This document shows positions 40,177 to 50,533 of a stretch of 64,000 bases of DNA, one piece after another. The notes beneath the pieces are model-generated. The model was given only the letters and a program-made list of their open reading frames with translations, made no database searches and was not told the origin of the DNA. Every line of letters starts with the position of its first letter. The stretch's first letter is position 1. The stretch is taken from NCBI GenBank assembly GCA_041946805.1, contig JBHGBC010000012.1, positions 1 through 64,000 of the forward strand, in the 5' to 3' direction. The stretch is from a bacterium. Its GTDB lineage: Bacteria > Hinthialibacterota > Hinthialibacteria > Hinthialibacterales > Hinthialibacteraceae. Made by a program: the position numbers and the translations under genes.

Positions 40177-41337
40177 TTACCGGCGGAAACGGGTGAGCAC
40201 GTCCGTCACCGCCTCGATGACATCGGCCACATCCGCGTCCGAGAGTCCCGCCGAAAGCGGCAGGGAAACCGTGCGGTCCGAGTGCCAGAGGGCGCCGGGG
40301 TAATCCCGGGGCCGGAGATCGAACCGCTCCCGGTAATAGCGATGGAGATGCAGCGACAAATAATGCACGCCGCCGCCGATATTGCGGAGACGCAGTTCCT
40401 CCAGGAAGCGGTCCCGGGAGATCGTCAGGGCTTCAAGATCCAGCAACAGGGTATACAGGTGGCGGGCGTGGCGTGTACCCGCTTCGGGGGGCGGTGGAGT
40501 CAGACAGGGCAGATTTTGGAAAGCCGCGTCGTACTGCCGCCAGACGGCCTCCCGCCGCTCCAGGTTCGCATCCAGACGCTTGAACTGGGACAACGCCAGC
40601 GCCGCGTGCACGTCGGGCAGGTTGTATTTATACCCCAAGCTGACCATCTCGTAATGCTTGAACCCTTCGTCGCTGAAGCGTTTCCAGGCGCCGGCGGTGA
40701 GCCCGTGCAGCGCCAGGGTTTGAATCTGGGCCGCGATCCCCGCTTCGTGGGTAATGACCATCCCCCCCTCGATGGCGGTCAGGTTCTTGGTCACATAGAA
40801 GCTGAAGCATCCCGCCTGGCCGAAGGTTCCCGCATGCCTCCCCTGGTAAAGCGTTTCGATGGCGTGGGCGCAATCCTCCACCAAGGCCAGGCCCCGGGCA
40901 TCCGCCAGCGCCATGATTTCCCGCATCGGGCATGCGCGCCCGGCGAGATGCACCGGCAGAATCACCCGGGTGCGCGGGGTGATCCGCCTTTCGATCTCTT
41001 CCGGAAGAATCAAGCCTGTCCGGGGATCGATATCGGCGAAAACCGGCCGTCCGCCCGCGTGGAGGATGGCGTTGGCCGTGGCGCAGAAGGTCATCGGCGT
41101 GGTGATCACCTCGTCGCCCGGCTGAATCCCCAACGAGAGCACGGCCAGATGCAGCGCGGCGGTGCACGAGCTCAGGCTGACCGCGAATTTCGTGTTCGTG
41201 TAGCGGGCGAAGGTCCGTTCCAGTTCCGCCGCCCGGGGGCCGGTGCCGATCCAGCCCGAGCGGAAGGTGTCGAGAACCGCCGCGAGGTCTTCCCCGGTGA
41301 TGACCGGCGCGCCAAAGACGAGGAATTTATTACGCAT
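40177..41337 (-). CDS. DegT/DnrJ/EryC1/StrS sugar aminotransferase
   Basis: SSCTAALH, VEDCAHA and FSFYVTKNL..IEGG motifs. Confidence 0.92.
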   Translation of the reverse strand: MRNKFLVFGAPVITGEDLAAVLDTFRSGWIGTGPRAAELERTFARYTNTKFAVSLSSCTAALHLAVLSLGIQPGDEVITTPMTFCATANAILHAGGRPVFADIDPRTGLILPEEIERRITPRTRVILPVHLAGRACPMREIMALADARGLALVEDCAHAIETLYQGRHAGTFGQAGCFSFYVTKNLTAIEGGMVITHEAGIAAQIQTLALHGLTAGAWKRFSDEGFKHYEMVSLGYKYNLPDVHAALALSQFKRLDANLERREAVWRQYDAAFQNLPCLTPPPPEAGTRHARHLYTLLLDLEALTISRDRFLEELRLRNIGGGVHYLSLHLHRYYRERFDLRPRDYPGALWHSDRTVSLPLSAGLSDADVADVIEAVTDVLTRFRR

Positions 41338-41404
41338 GATGGATTTGATATTGGATGTATCCGGATTTTTTCGAGATTTCCTTCACCCCGGCCTGGCAAG
41401 CGTA

Positions 41405-41866
41405 TCACGGTCCGGCCGGCGTGTATTCCCCCGGCCGGAGGGTCCGGGCGAGGGGATCGAGGATGCCGTTCATGAAACGGGGCGAATCCTCGTCGCCGTA
41501 GCATTTCGCCATCTCCACGGCCTCGTTCAAGATGACGTTGGCGGGAGTGCCGGAGTCGTGCATCAGTTCCCAGAGGCTGAGGCGCAGGATGTTGCGGTCC
41601 ACGGGAGACATGCGTTCGAGGCGCCAATTGATGGCTTGCTCCTGGATCAGGCGGTCGATCTCGTCCCGGTTCTTCATCACGCCGCGGGCGAGGGTCCAGG
41701 CGAAGTGTTCGGCCTCGGGGGTGACGGACAGCGTGTCTTCCTCCTCCCACCAGTTGGGGAAGGAGTCCAGGGGTTTGTCCCCGGAAGCGTCCTGCTGGAG
41801 GTTGAACGAATAGAGGAGGCGCAGGGCGAATTCGCGTCCCACGTGCCGGGGTCCCGCGTATTTCAT
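41405..41866 (-). CDS. nusB: Transcription antitermination factor NusB
   Basis: [23 protein letters not shown] and FMNGILD motifs. Follows ribH. Confidence 0.93.
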   Translation of the reverse strand: MKYAGPRHVGREFALRLLYSFNLQQDASGDKPLDSFPNWWEEEDTLSVTPEAEHFAWTLARGVMKNRDEIDRLIQEQAINWRLERMSPVDRNILRLSLWELMHDSGTPANVILNEAVEMAKCYGDEDSPRFMNGILDPLARTLRPGEYTPAGP

Positions 41867-42327
41867 AGTTTTTCGCAGAGGTTGGCCATTTCGATGGCGG
41901 TGACGGCGGCGTCCCAACCTTTGTTGCCGGCCTTGGTCCCCGCGCGTTCGACGGCCTGTTCGATGGTATGGGTGGTGAGCACGCCGAAGGCGATGGGGCA
42001 GCCGGATTCCAGGGAGGTCTGGGCCACGCCCTTGGAGACTTCGGCGGCGATGTAGTCGAAGTGGGGCGTGTCACCGCGGATGACGGCGGCGAGCGCGATC
42101 AGGGCGTGGTAGTTCCCCGAGGCGGCCATTTTCTTGACCACGAGAGGGATTTCAAACGCTCCGGGCGCGCGGACAATGGTGATTCCCTTTTCATCCGCGC
42201 CATGGCGGCGCAGGGCGTCCAGCGCGCCTTCCAGCAGCCGTTCGGTGATAAAACTGTTGAAGCGGGAGACCACAATCCCAAAGTGTTTCCCGCCCGCGAT
42301 GAGATTCCCTTCCACGAAGTTCACCAT
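41863..42327 (-). CDS. ribH: 6,7-dimethyl-8-ribityllumazine synthase
   Basis: [22 protein letters not shown] and GNKG motifs. Confidence 0.96.
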   Translation of the reverse strand: MVNFVEGNLIAGGKHFGIVVSRFNSFITERLLEGALDALRRHGADEKGITIVRAPGAFEIPLVVKKMAASGNYHALIALAAVIRGDTPHFDYIAAEVSKGVAQTSLESGCPIAFGVLTTHTIEQAVERAGTKAGNKGWDAAVTAIEMANLCEKL

Positions 42328-42340
42328 GGTAGTCCTTTCT

Positions 42341-43531
42341 TCAAGGCAGATGACCCATGCGTTCCCCCTTGGTCCGCAGGTAATGCACGTTGAATTTATT
42401 TTCCCCCACGTGAATGGGGATGCGTTCCACGATTTCCAGCCCGAAGGCGTTCAGGCCGTGGATTTTGCGCGGATTGTTGGTCATGATCCGCATCCGGCGG
42501 ATTCCCAGGCTGGCCAGGATCTGCGCGCCGATGCCGTATTCCCGCTCGTCGGCCTTGTGGCCCAGTTTCAGGTTGGCGTCGACCGTGTCGTACCCCTGGT
42601 CCTGCAACACATAGGACCGCAGTTTGTCGACCAGGCCGATGCCCCGCCCTTCCTGGGCCATGTACAACACCACACCGCGGCCCTCCTCCTCGATTTTCTG
42701 CATGGCGAATTGGAGTTGCACGCCGCAGTCGCAGCGGAGGGACCCGAAGGCGTCCCCGGTCAGGCATTGGTCATGCACGCGGACCAGCACCGGTTCGGGC
42801 GTGGTGAGGTCGCCCTTCACCAGCGCCACGTGTTCCTTGTTGTCGACCTTGCTGACGAAGAGGTGCAGATCGAACTGGCCGTGGCGGGTGGGCATGTGGG
42901 TGACCAGGACTTTGTCCACGAGGTGTTCGGTCGAATGGCGGTAGCGGATCAAGTCCTCGATGGTGACGATGTTGATGGAATATTTTTCGGATAGTTTTTC
43001 GAGGGACGGCAGCCGCGCCATGCTCCCGTCCTCGTCCAGGATTTCGCACAGAACGCCCACTGGATCCAGGCCGGCCAGTTTCATGAGATCGACGGTGGCT
43101 TCCGTGTGGCCGGCGCGGCGGAGGACCCCGCCGTCCTTGGCGATGATGGGGGAGACATGGCCGGGCCGGGCGAAATCCTCCGGCAGGGCGCGGGAATCGG
43201 CGAGGCGGCGGATGGTCAAGGCGCGGTCATGGGCCGAAATGCCCGTGGTGGCGCCCTTGCGGGCGTCCACGGTGATGGTGAAGTTGGTGCGGTGCAGGGC
43301 GGTGTTGTCGGCGGTCATGGGGGTGAGGAACAGCCGTTCCGCCCGTTGACGCTCCAAGGCCACGCACAGCAGGCCGCGGGCCTTGGTGACGATGAAGTTC
43401 ACCTGTTCCGGCGTGATGTTCGCGGCCGGCATGACCAGGTCGCCTTCGTTTTCGCGGTTCTGGTCATCCACCACGATGAGCATTTTGCCCGCCTTCAAAT
43501 CCGCGGCGGCCTCTTCAACCGTGACAATCAT
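42341..43531 (-). CDS. ribBA: Bifunctional DHBP synthase / GTP cyclohydrolase II
   Basis: [32 protein letters not shown] and QEGRGIGL motifs. Confidence 0.96.
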   Translation of the reverse strand: MIVTVEEAAADLKAGKMLIVVDDQNRENEGDLVMPAANITPEQVNFIVTKARGLLCVALERQRAERLFLTPMTADNTALHRTNFTITVDARKGATTGISAHDRALTIRRLADSRALPEDFARPGHVSPIIAKDGGVLRRAGHTEATVDLMKLAGLDPVGVLCEILDEDGSMARLPSLEKLSEKYSINIVTIEDLIRYRHSTEHLVDKVLVTHMPTRHGQFDLHLFVSKVDNKEHVALVKGDLTTPEPVLVRVHDQCLTGDAFGSLRCDCGVQLQFAMQKIEEEGRGVVLYMAQEGRGIGLVDKLRSYVLQDQGYDTVDANLKLGHKADEREYGIGAQILASLGIRRMRIMTNNPRKIHGLNAFGLEIVERIPIHVGENKFNVHYLRTKGERMGHLP

Positions 43532-43543
43532 GGGGCTGGGTTC

Positions 43544-44209
43544 CTATTCTTGAAGGTATCCATATTTTCGCAGTTTCTCCACGGTTAAACCACCCCCATG
43601 GCCGGCCGGTCCGGCGGCCAGAAGCCGTTCGACATACCGGGCCAGGAGGTCCACCTCCAGGTTGACCGGGTCGCCGGTCCGTTTCGCGCGCAGGTTGGTG
43701 TTTTGCAGGGTAAAGGGGATCACGGCGAATTCGGCGGCGTCTCCCGCCACGGCGGCCACCGTCAAACTGATACCCTCCACCGCCAGCGAGCCTTTCTCCG
43801 CGATATAGGGCGCCAGCCGCGCGGGGAACCGCACGCCCAACCGCCAGAATTCACCCTCCTCGCGGATATCCTCGATATAGCCGATATCATCCACGTGTCC
43901 CGACACGATATGCCCGCCCAGGCGGTCCATGGGCCGCAGGGCCGGTTCCACGTTGACCCAGTCTCCGATCCGCGCGAAGGCGAAGGTGGTCCGTTGCAGC
44001 GTTTCGCTGGACAGATCGGCCGTGAAACGCTCCCCTTCCCGCCGCGTAACCGTCAGGCAGGTTCCATTCACGCAGATGCTATCCCCCAAGGCCGCTTCGA
44101 CGCTGATCCGCGGGGCGGTGATGACCGCCTGGGCCGAGGAGCCCTGGCGGAGCAGGTTGGACAAAATGCCGACTTCCTGGACGATTCCCGTAAACATAGC
44201 CGGTTTCAC
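43544..44209 (-). CDS. ribE: Riboflavin synthase
   Basis: MFTGIV, NGTCLTV, GGHIVSGHVD and VNLEVD motifs. Confidence 0.95.
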   Translation of the reverse strand: MKPAMFTGIVQEVGILSNLLRQGSSAQAVITAPRISVEAALGDSICVNGTCLTVTRREGERFTADLSSETLQRTTFAFARIGDWVNVEPALRPMDRLGGHIVSGHVDDIGYIEDIREEGEFWRLGVRFPARLAPYIAEKGSLAVEGISLTVAAVAGDAAEFAVIPFTLQNTNLRAKRTGDPVNLEVDLLARYVERLLAAGPAGHGGGLTVEKLRKYGYLQE

Positions 44210-45366
44210 AATTGCCAGCGCCGGATGCCTTGGATGAGCGTGTCCTCGCCGAGTTGGATCCGGCGCAGACGCTCCAGCCGCGTGGCTTGATTTATTGTAT
44301 CCACACCCCGGCCCCGGTAAAACACCGGCGCGTCTTTTCCACCCACAATTATGGGAGCGATGTAAACCAGGAGCTCGTTCACCAGGTTTTCTTCCAAAAA
44401 CGACGTATGAATCCGGGGCCCCCCTTCCACCAGCAAGGCCGATACGCCCCCGCGGGCCAGGGAAGCCAGCACTTCTTTCAGGTTCAATTGGTTTTCCGCT
44501 CCATGGACGCGTTCGACTTGCGCGCCCCGGTCCCGCAAGGCGCGCGCCGCGGATTCGGGCGCCTCGTGCGCGCAGTATATCCGGACTGGAGCCTCCGGCT
44601 GGGTCCGCAGCAATTGACAGCCGAGGGGAATCCGCAGGTCCGGGTCGAGAATCACCCGCAACGGGGGATTCCAGCCGGAATCCGGCGGGGGGGCCGGCCG
44701 GGGCGTCAGCCGGGGATCGTCGGCCAGGACGGTCCGGATGCCGGCCAGGATGGCGTTGACTTCAGCCCGGACTTCATGCGCGTGGGCGCGGGCCCGTTCA
44801 CCGGTAATCCACTGGGAATGCCCGGTGCGGGTGGCGAGTTTGCCATCGAGCGAGACCGCCGCCTTGAGGATCACCCAGGGCAATCCGCGGGTATGGAAAT
44901 GAAAAAAAAACCGGTTGAGATACCGGGCGTCTTCTTCCAAGAGTCCCACGTCCACCCGGACGCCGTTTTGCCGCAGGATTTCGATGCCTTGGCCTTGGAC
45001 TTGAGGAAATGGATCCGGCACCGCCGCCACCACCCGGGAGACGCCGGCCTGCAAAAGCGCGGCGGTGCATGGGGGAGTGGCCCCGTGATGGCAACAGGGT
45101 TCAAGGGTTACATAGGCGGTCGCGCCCCGGGGATTTTCCCGGCAGGCGGCCAGGGCTTCCCGTTCGGCGTGGGGCGCTCCCTGCCGCCGGTGATAGCCTT
45201 CGCCGATGACACGGGAGGACTGACCCGCCGCGGCCGGCCGGACCAGCACGCAGCCCACCCGGGGATTGGGGTGGACCGTGAAGCGGCCCTGCCACGCCAA
45301 GTCCAGCGCCCGGCGCATGAAGCCGAGGTCTTCATCTGTAAACGCGGACGGCGCCCGTTGAATCAA
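44206..45366 (-). CDS. ribD: Bifunctional pyrimidine deaminase/reductase
   Basis: PNPRVG, HAE, TLEPCCHHGATPPC, SLDGK and VEGG motifs. Confidence 0.95.
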   Translation of the reverse strand: MIQRAPSAFTDEDLGFMRRALDLAWQGRFTVHPNPRVGCVLVRPAAAGQSSRVIGEGYHRRQGAPHAEREALAACRENPRGATAYVTLEPCCHHGATPPCTAALLQAGVSRVVAAVPDPFPQVQGQGIEILRQNGVRVDVGLLEEDARYLNRFFFHFHTRGLPWVILKAAVSLDGKLATRTGHSQWITGERARAHAHEVRAEVNAILAGIRTVLADDPRLTPRPAPPPDSGWNPPLRVILDPDLRIPLGCQLLRTQPEAPVRIYCAHEAPESAARALRDRGAQVERVHGAENQLNLKEVLASLARGGVSALLVEGGPRIHTSFLEENLVNELLVYIAPIIVGGKDAPVFYRGRGVDTINQATRLERLRRIQLGEDTLIQGIRRWQL

Positions 45367-46181
45367 TGAGAGAGTTGTCCGACTCCGCTCAATCCCATTT
45401 TATCGGCGAATCCGATGATGTCGTTGAGGATCAGTTCGAACCGGCGGCCATCGCGCACTTCCACGACGAAGGGCCCCCGGAAATCCAGTTGACGCAGACC
45501 GGTGATGATCTCCTCCCAGGGAACCACGCCCTGGCCGGGCGTCATGTGTTCGTCCACGCGTCCCCGGTTGTCACTGGCATGCACGGAGAAGACTTTCTCG
45601 CCGAATTCGGAGAGGACGGCGGGCAGAAAGCCGCCGACGAACGCGTGGCCGATATCCAGGCACATGCCCACATTGGGAAGGCCCAGCGCGGCGATTTGGC
45701 GATACAATTCCCGCGGATCGCACCCGAAGAGGGGTTTGGGGAAGTTTTCGATCGCCACGTTCAAATCGCGGTCTTCCCCATAACCGCTCAGGTCCCGCAA
45801 CGACTCCTGGAGGGAGACCCAGCGTTCCTTGGCTTGCGACATTTCCCCCTCGATACTGGAGGGGTGAAAGGTCACCAGGGACGCGCCGATCAGCATGGCG
45901 GCGTCCAGGGTGCGCTGACACGCCAGAATGGTCTCCTCCCGCAACGGTTCGTCGGGACTGGATAAATCGCCCACGCTGCTGGGCGCATGCATGGTGACAT
46001 ACCGGAACCCCAGGTCCCGGATCATGATCCCAGCCTGCTGGATTTCCTCCGGATTGTTGATATCCAGGTGGCGTGGAGTCGCGAAGATTTCCACCCCCTC
46101 AATCCCCTGTTCGTGTACTTGCCGGAGTTTTCCAAGGAACGAGGAAGGCAACCAAGAGTAGGATGAGATGGAAAGATACAT
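45363..46181 (-). CDS. Sugar-phosphate isomerase/epimerase family TIM barrel
   Basis: AIEN, LDIGH, HASDN..DEH and VVE metal ligands. Confidence 0.82.
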   Translation of the reverse strand: MYLSISSYSWLPSSFLGKLRQVHEQGIEGVEIFATPRHLDINNPEEIQQAGIMIRDLGFRYVTMHAPSSVGDLSSPDEPLREETILACQRTLDAAMLIGASLVTFHPSSIEGEMSQAKERWVSLQESLRDLSGYGEDRDLNVAIENFPKPLFGCDPRELYRQIAALGLPNVGMCLDIGHAFVGGFLPAVLSEFGEKVFSVHASDNRGRVDEHMTPGQGVVPWEEIITGLRQLDFRGPFVVEVRDGRRFELILNDIIGFADKMGLSGVGQLSH

Positions 46182-46256
46182 AAATAACCCCTTTGTCCCA
46201 CAAACCCAATCCGGCCCTGAAACCGATGTGACCGTAACCGATGGTTTATACGCCGA

Positions 46257-46286
46257 AGTCTATCCGTCGGTTTCGCTGAGTGTCAA
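46257..46286 (-). promoter_or_regulatory. Candidate promoter for the rib operon
   Basis: Minus strand TTGACA (46286-46281)-N18-TAGACT (46262-46257). Confidence 0.45.
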
Positions 46287-46395
46287 CCCCATCCATCCCG
46301 CGACACCCGGCGGCGCGCTTTCTGAATTCATTATACCATTGAAATCCACTCTCTCTTCCCTTTTAGTATAGCATCCGGTAGAATTTTCCAACAAT

Positions 46396-46965
46396 ATGGA
46401 CGCGATTCAAATCTATGTGACCTTGAAAATTACCGATAACGTCGCCCGGACGGCTCTCCAGGCCGCGCGGAGCCGGCTGGGTTTCGAGACGCTGGCATCC
46501 TTGCGCCGTTCGGAGTTTTGGGAGCTTGTGTTTCCCGGGCGGGAATCCCGGTCAGCCCTGCAGACCGCCACCCGCCTGGTGGAGAAGACCTGGTTTTTCG
46601 TCAATCCCAACAAGCATCAATGGCGTATCGTCCCGGCGGACAAAACCCTCGCGGAGGGAGCGGTATTGCCGGTTCCGGATCCGTCCAGCGCCTGGATTCT
46701 GGTGCGGGACCGCGTGGACGGGACGGCCGAAGCGGTTTTGGACGCGTTGCGCGCCCTGGTTCCGGAAGAGGAACAGCCGGAGAGCCTGGCGCGGGGAACC
46801 TTATGGCAGGCCGCTTTTGACAACCTCGATCCCGGGGCGGCGCGGGAAGCGGCGGAGCGGCTGGCCGTGTCCGTCAGCCGGACCCAAGGCCTGCTCGCCA
46901 ATCCGCATTATCAAATCCACCAGGTATTCACTTTCCCCGTGGAAAATCCGGTGACGGCGGTCTGA
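46396..46965 (+). CDS. Tandem PurS-like domain protein
   Basis: Two halves: VTLK..D....FVNPNKH and LV...D....LLANPHYQ, matching the PurS pattern. Confidence 0.6.
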   Translation: MDAIQIYVTLKITDNVARTALQAARSRLGFETLASLRRSEFWELVFPGRESRSALQTATRLVEKTWFFVNPNKHQWRIVPADKTLAEGAVLPVPDPSSAWILVRDRVDGTAEAVLDALRALVPEEEQPESLARGTLWQAAFDNLDPGAAREAAERLAVSVSRTQGLLANPHYQIHQVFTFPVENPVTAV

Positions 46966-47149
46966 GCCGTTTCCAGCAAGAGGCCATGGGACCTCCCGGC
47001 CGAGACTCCCATGCGAATTCCCGATGCCATCTCGGGCTATAGGAAAAGCCGGGGCACGCCGAGGCGTGCTCTGGTAAAGGGCCGCGGCGTGCCCTGGTAA
47101 AGGATGGTTTCGATTGAAATCAGGCGGATTTAGCGTGGGTGAAGGTCTT

Positions 47150-47311
47150 CCCTCAACCCAACCCTCTCCCAGGGGGAGAGGGAGCGGGACAGAGGAGTTG
47201 ATTATGGACTACAGCATTGTTTGCCTAAGAAAGGCAATTCCTTATTACCAAACACTTCAAAAAGGAAATAACACTATCCCCTCTCCCTCTGGGAGAGGGC
47301 CCGGGTGAGGG
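47150..47311. repeat. Inverted pair of family A REP-like copies
   Basis: Forward copy at 47150-47183 and reverse copy at 47278-47311, around an AT-rich core. Confidence 0.8.
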
Positions 47312-47491
47312 AAACTCTTGATATGCCATGATTCCCCCGGGACGAAAAGGTCTCTTTGTTGATACCCCATCCCGGACGCAGTGTTCTTTCCTCCGGCCCG
47401 CGAAACCGCACTCCGGCCCGCATCCGGGATTGCCGATCGATGCGGGAGAAGCCAAAATGGAGAGATTCCAAAAACGACAGTGAATACCGTC

Positions 47492-49285
47492 ATGCCCGAT
47501 TCTCTGAATCCCGTTCCACCGCAAACTCCTCCCGGCCTGATTCCCTCGCTGATGGCGTACTTGCGCCCCGTGGTGTGGCACGACATCGCCGGGATCATCG
47601 GCCTGCTGCTCTATAGTTATTTATCCATCTGGGTGCCCGACTACGTCAAAACCGTCATCAATCAGATCGAACAGGGCGCCACCCGGCACGAATTGGTGGT
47701 TTCTTGCCTGCTCATCCTGGCGCTGGCGGCCAGCGCCGGATTCATGCTGTTCCTGGCGCGGTGGACCATCATCGGCGCGTCGCGGCAATTCGACCAGGCG
47801 CTGCGCGACGATTTCTTCGCCCACATTCAACGGCTCAGCCCGGGATTTTACCACCGCATCCGCACCGGCGACCTGATGACCCGCTTCACCAGCGATATCG
47901 AGCAAGTGCGCATGCTGGTGGGACCGGGGATCATGTATCCGGCGCAAACGATTTTTTTGACCACTCTGGCGCTGTATTCGATGTTTCAGTTGGACATGGG
48001 ATTGACCTTGACCCTGCTCGCGCCCATCACCTTGCTGCTGTTCTACGTCAATTTCAACACCCGCCAGCTGCACCAGATCTACCGGCAAGCGCAGGACATC
48101 TACTCCGAGCTGACCGCCAAGGCGCAGGAGAATTTTTCCGGCATCCGGATCATCAAGGCCTATTGCCAGGAAGAAGCCGAGATCGCCCGCTTCCGCGCGA
48201 TCAACGAGCAGTATGTACTCAAGAACATGGAGCAGGTGAAGCTGCGGGGCCTGCTGTTTCCCTTCATGCAGTTCATCGGCGGGCTGGGCGTGGTGCTGAT
48301 TTTATGGCGGGGGGGATTGAAGGTCATCGAGGAGGAGCTGAAACTGGGGGACCTCGTGCAATTTGCCTTGTACTACCAGATGCTCATGTGGCCGATCATC
48401 GCCATGGGCTGGATCATCAACGTCATCCACCGCGGAGTGGCGTCCTGGCGGCGCTTGCAAGGCATTTTGGCCACCCAGCCCGAAGTGGAAGAAATCCCCG
48501 AAGGCGCGGAAACACCGCCCTTGCGGGGTTCGATCGAGGCGCGCCATCTCACGTTCGCCTACGCTCCCAATTCGCCCCCGGTCCTCAAGGATGTTTCGTT
48601 CCAGGTCGAACCCGGGCAGACGCTGGCGATCGTCGGCCCCACCGGTTGCGGGAAAACCACGATCGTCAACCTGCTGCTGCATCTTTACCCCGTGCCCGAT
48701 GGCATGCTCTTCTACGACGGCCGCGATATCAACGAAATTCCCCTGGCCGCCCTGCGCCGGTCGATCGCTTATGTATCCCAGGACGTCTTTCTCTTTTCCG
48801 ACACGATCCGGAACAACATCCTCTTCGGCGCGGCCGGTCCCGATGAGATTCCGGACGAGGCGATGACCGCGGCCGCCGCCCGCGCGCAACTCAGCCGCGA
48901 CCTGGCCATGCTGCCCGATCAGTACGAAACGGAAGTGGGCGAACGGGGCATTACCCTTTCCGGCGGCCAGAAACAGCGCACCGGCATCGCCCGCGCCCTG
49001 GTGCTCCAACGCCCCATCCTCATCCTTGACGACAGCCTCTCCAGCGTGGACACCGACACGGAGGAAGCCATCCTGCGTGGCATCGCGGGGGACCTCCACC
49101 GCAGCACCGCCATTCTCATCAGCCACCGCATCTCCACCGTGAAGAACGCCGACCATATCATCGTGCTCGACGAAGGCCGGATCGTGGAGGAAGGCGCGCA
49201 CGAAGCGCTGATCGAACGGGACGGCCTTTACGCGCGCATCTACCGCCGTCAGTTGCTGGAGGAGAGTTTGGGCATCCGGCCCTGA
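47492..49285 (+). CDS. ABC exporter, fused permease/ATPase (MdlA-like)
   Basis: TMD with RTGDLMTR, then GPTGCGKT, LSGGQKQR and ILDD. Confidence 0.93.
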   Translation: MPDSLNPVPPQTPPGLIPSLMAYLRPVVWHDIAGIIGLLLYSYLSIWVPDYVKTVINQIEQGATRHELVVSCLLILALAASAGFMLFLARWTIIGASRQFDQALRDDFFAHIQRLSPGFYHRIRTGDLMTRFTSDIEQVRMLVGPGIMYPAQTIFLTTLALYSMFQLDMGLTLTLLAPITLLLFYVNFNTRQLHQIYRQAQDIYSELTAKAQENFSGIRIIKAYCQEEAEIARFRAINEQYVLKNMEQVKLRGLLFPFMQFIGGLGVVLILWRGGLKVIEEELKLGDLVQFALYYQMLMWPIIAMGWIINVIHRGVASWRRLQGILATQPEVEEIPEGAETPPLRGSIEARHLTFAYAPNSPPVLKDVSFQVEPGQTLAIVGPTGCGKTTIVNLLLHLYPVPDGMLFYDGRDINEIPLAALRRSIAYVSQDVFLFSDTIRNNILFGAAGPDEIPDEAMTAAAARAQLSRDLAMLPDQYETEVGERGITLSGGQKQRTGIARALVLQRPILILDDSLSSVDTDTEEAILRGIAGDLHRSTAILISHRISTVKNADHIIVLDEGRIVEEGAHEALIERDGLYARIYRRQLLEESLGIRP

Positions 49286-50238
49286 ACCGATAGCGCCACG
49301 CGGAAGCCGGTATCCCCCCAATAGACATGCCCCAGGCCGGGATAAGTCCCCCCCCGCCAGGCGCAGCGCAAATGGCGGGGCTGGTTGTTGAGAAACGATC
49401 CGCCCCGGAACACGCGGTACGGCCCCTGAAAGGCGGCGGCGTGGCCCGCGGTCCAGGCGTCCTGACACCATTCCAGCACGTTGCCCGCCATGTCCTGGCA
49501 TCCCCAGGGGCTTTGTCCCTTCGGAAAGGCCCCCACGGGACTGACACGGACGTAGGGATCGGGCGCGTACCCTGCCGGCGCGTCAAATCCGGTATAGCCG
49601 AACCAGTTGCAGGCATCCGGATCCCATGCGTTTCCCCAAGGGAAGACGCGGCCATCCTCGCCCCGCGCCGCTTTTTCCCATTCCCGTTCCGTGGGCAGCC
49701 GGTAGGGCTTGCCGATCTGGACGCGCAGCCAGGTGCAAAAGGCTTCGGCTTCGTACCAACTGACCGCCGCCACGGGATAGCGTTCCTTGCCGGGTCCCTG
49801 ATAATCCCGGTCGTTCCAGCGCCGGGGGGCCGTCCATTGATTCTGCGCCCGCGCCCGCCATCCCTCCTCGGACCACCATTCCCGCTTTTCGTATCCCCCG
49901 CCGCGGATGAAACACGCGTATTCCTCGTTGGTCACCTCGTATTTCCCGATCGCGAACGTGGCGAGCGCGACCGTCTCCGCCGCGTATTCCCCGGGGGAAA
50001 CGAAATAGGCGGCCCGTTCGTCCCCGGATGAGCCAAAGACAACCGGCCCGGCGGGGATTTCGACCATCTCCGGCTCGATCACGTCCGGTTCCGCCGCGCA
50101 GGGAAAAGGGATTCCGGCCATCCCGAAAAGCAGAATAAATACCCACTGGGAAATACCCAGGATAGGGGCGGCGAAAATCCACGGACGGCCCGGACGAGGC
50201 TCCGGGGCTATATAACTTCCGATACCCATGATTATCAT
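49249..50238 (-). CDS. FGE-sulfatase (SUMF1-like) domain protein, start uncertain
   Basis: YEVTN, RLPTEREWEKAARG, DMAGNVLEW, RGGSF and GFR motifs. The catalytic Cys pair of true FGE is absent after RGGSF. Confidence 0.88.
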   Translation of the reverse strand: MIIMGIGSYIAPEPRPGRPWIFAAPILGISQWVFILLFGMAGIPFPCAAEPDVIEPEMVEIPAGPVVFGSSGDERAAYFVSPGEYAAETVALATFAIGKYEVTNEEYACFIRGGGYEKREWWSEEGWRARAQNQWTAPRRWNDRDYQGPGKERYPVAAVSWYEAEAFCTWLRVQIGKPYRLPTEREWEKAARGEDGRVFPWGNAWDPDACNWFGYTGFDAPAGYAPDPYVRVSPVGAFPKGQSPWGCQDMAGNVLEWCQDAWTAGHAAAFQGPYRVFRGGSFLNNQPRHLRCAWRGGTYPGLGHVYWGDTGFRVALSVQGRMPKLSSSN

Positions 50239-50355
50239 GCCATCACGTGGTGAGACAATCGGATAGGAACAAAGGTTCATCACGCCAGCGCTTCCCTGTT
50301 TCATGGACGTGTTACCGGTTTCCAATCCCTTGGGTCTGAGCCGCAACCCCCAAAT

Positions 50356-50389
50356 TCCCTCTCCCTCTGGGAGAGGGTCAGGGTGAGGG
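50356..50389 (-). repeat. REP-like family A copy
   Basis: TCCCTCTCCCTCTGGGAGAGGGTCAGGGTGAGGG. Confidence 0.85.
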
Positions 50390-50533
50390 AAGATGTTTCT
50401 TCAGTATCCTTCATCCCGGTTCTCTTCCCAAGAACGGGGGGGATACAAGTCCCTTTACATTCCATTTTCGTAATAAAACCATAGCCTTTTGCCCGAATTA
50501 AGATCGGCGCCTTGTCAGGAGTACACACAACGG

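Noticed and set aside
49249..50238. True formylglycine-generating enzyme
   Set aside because: It lacks the catalytic Cys pair after RGGSF, and no sulfatase is adjacent.
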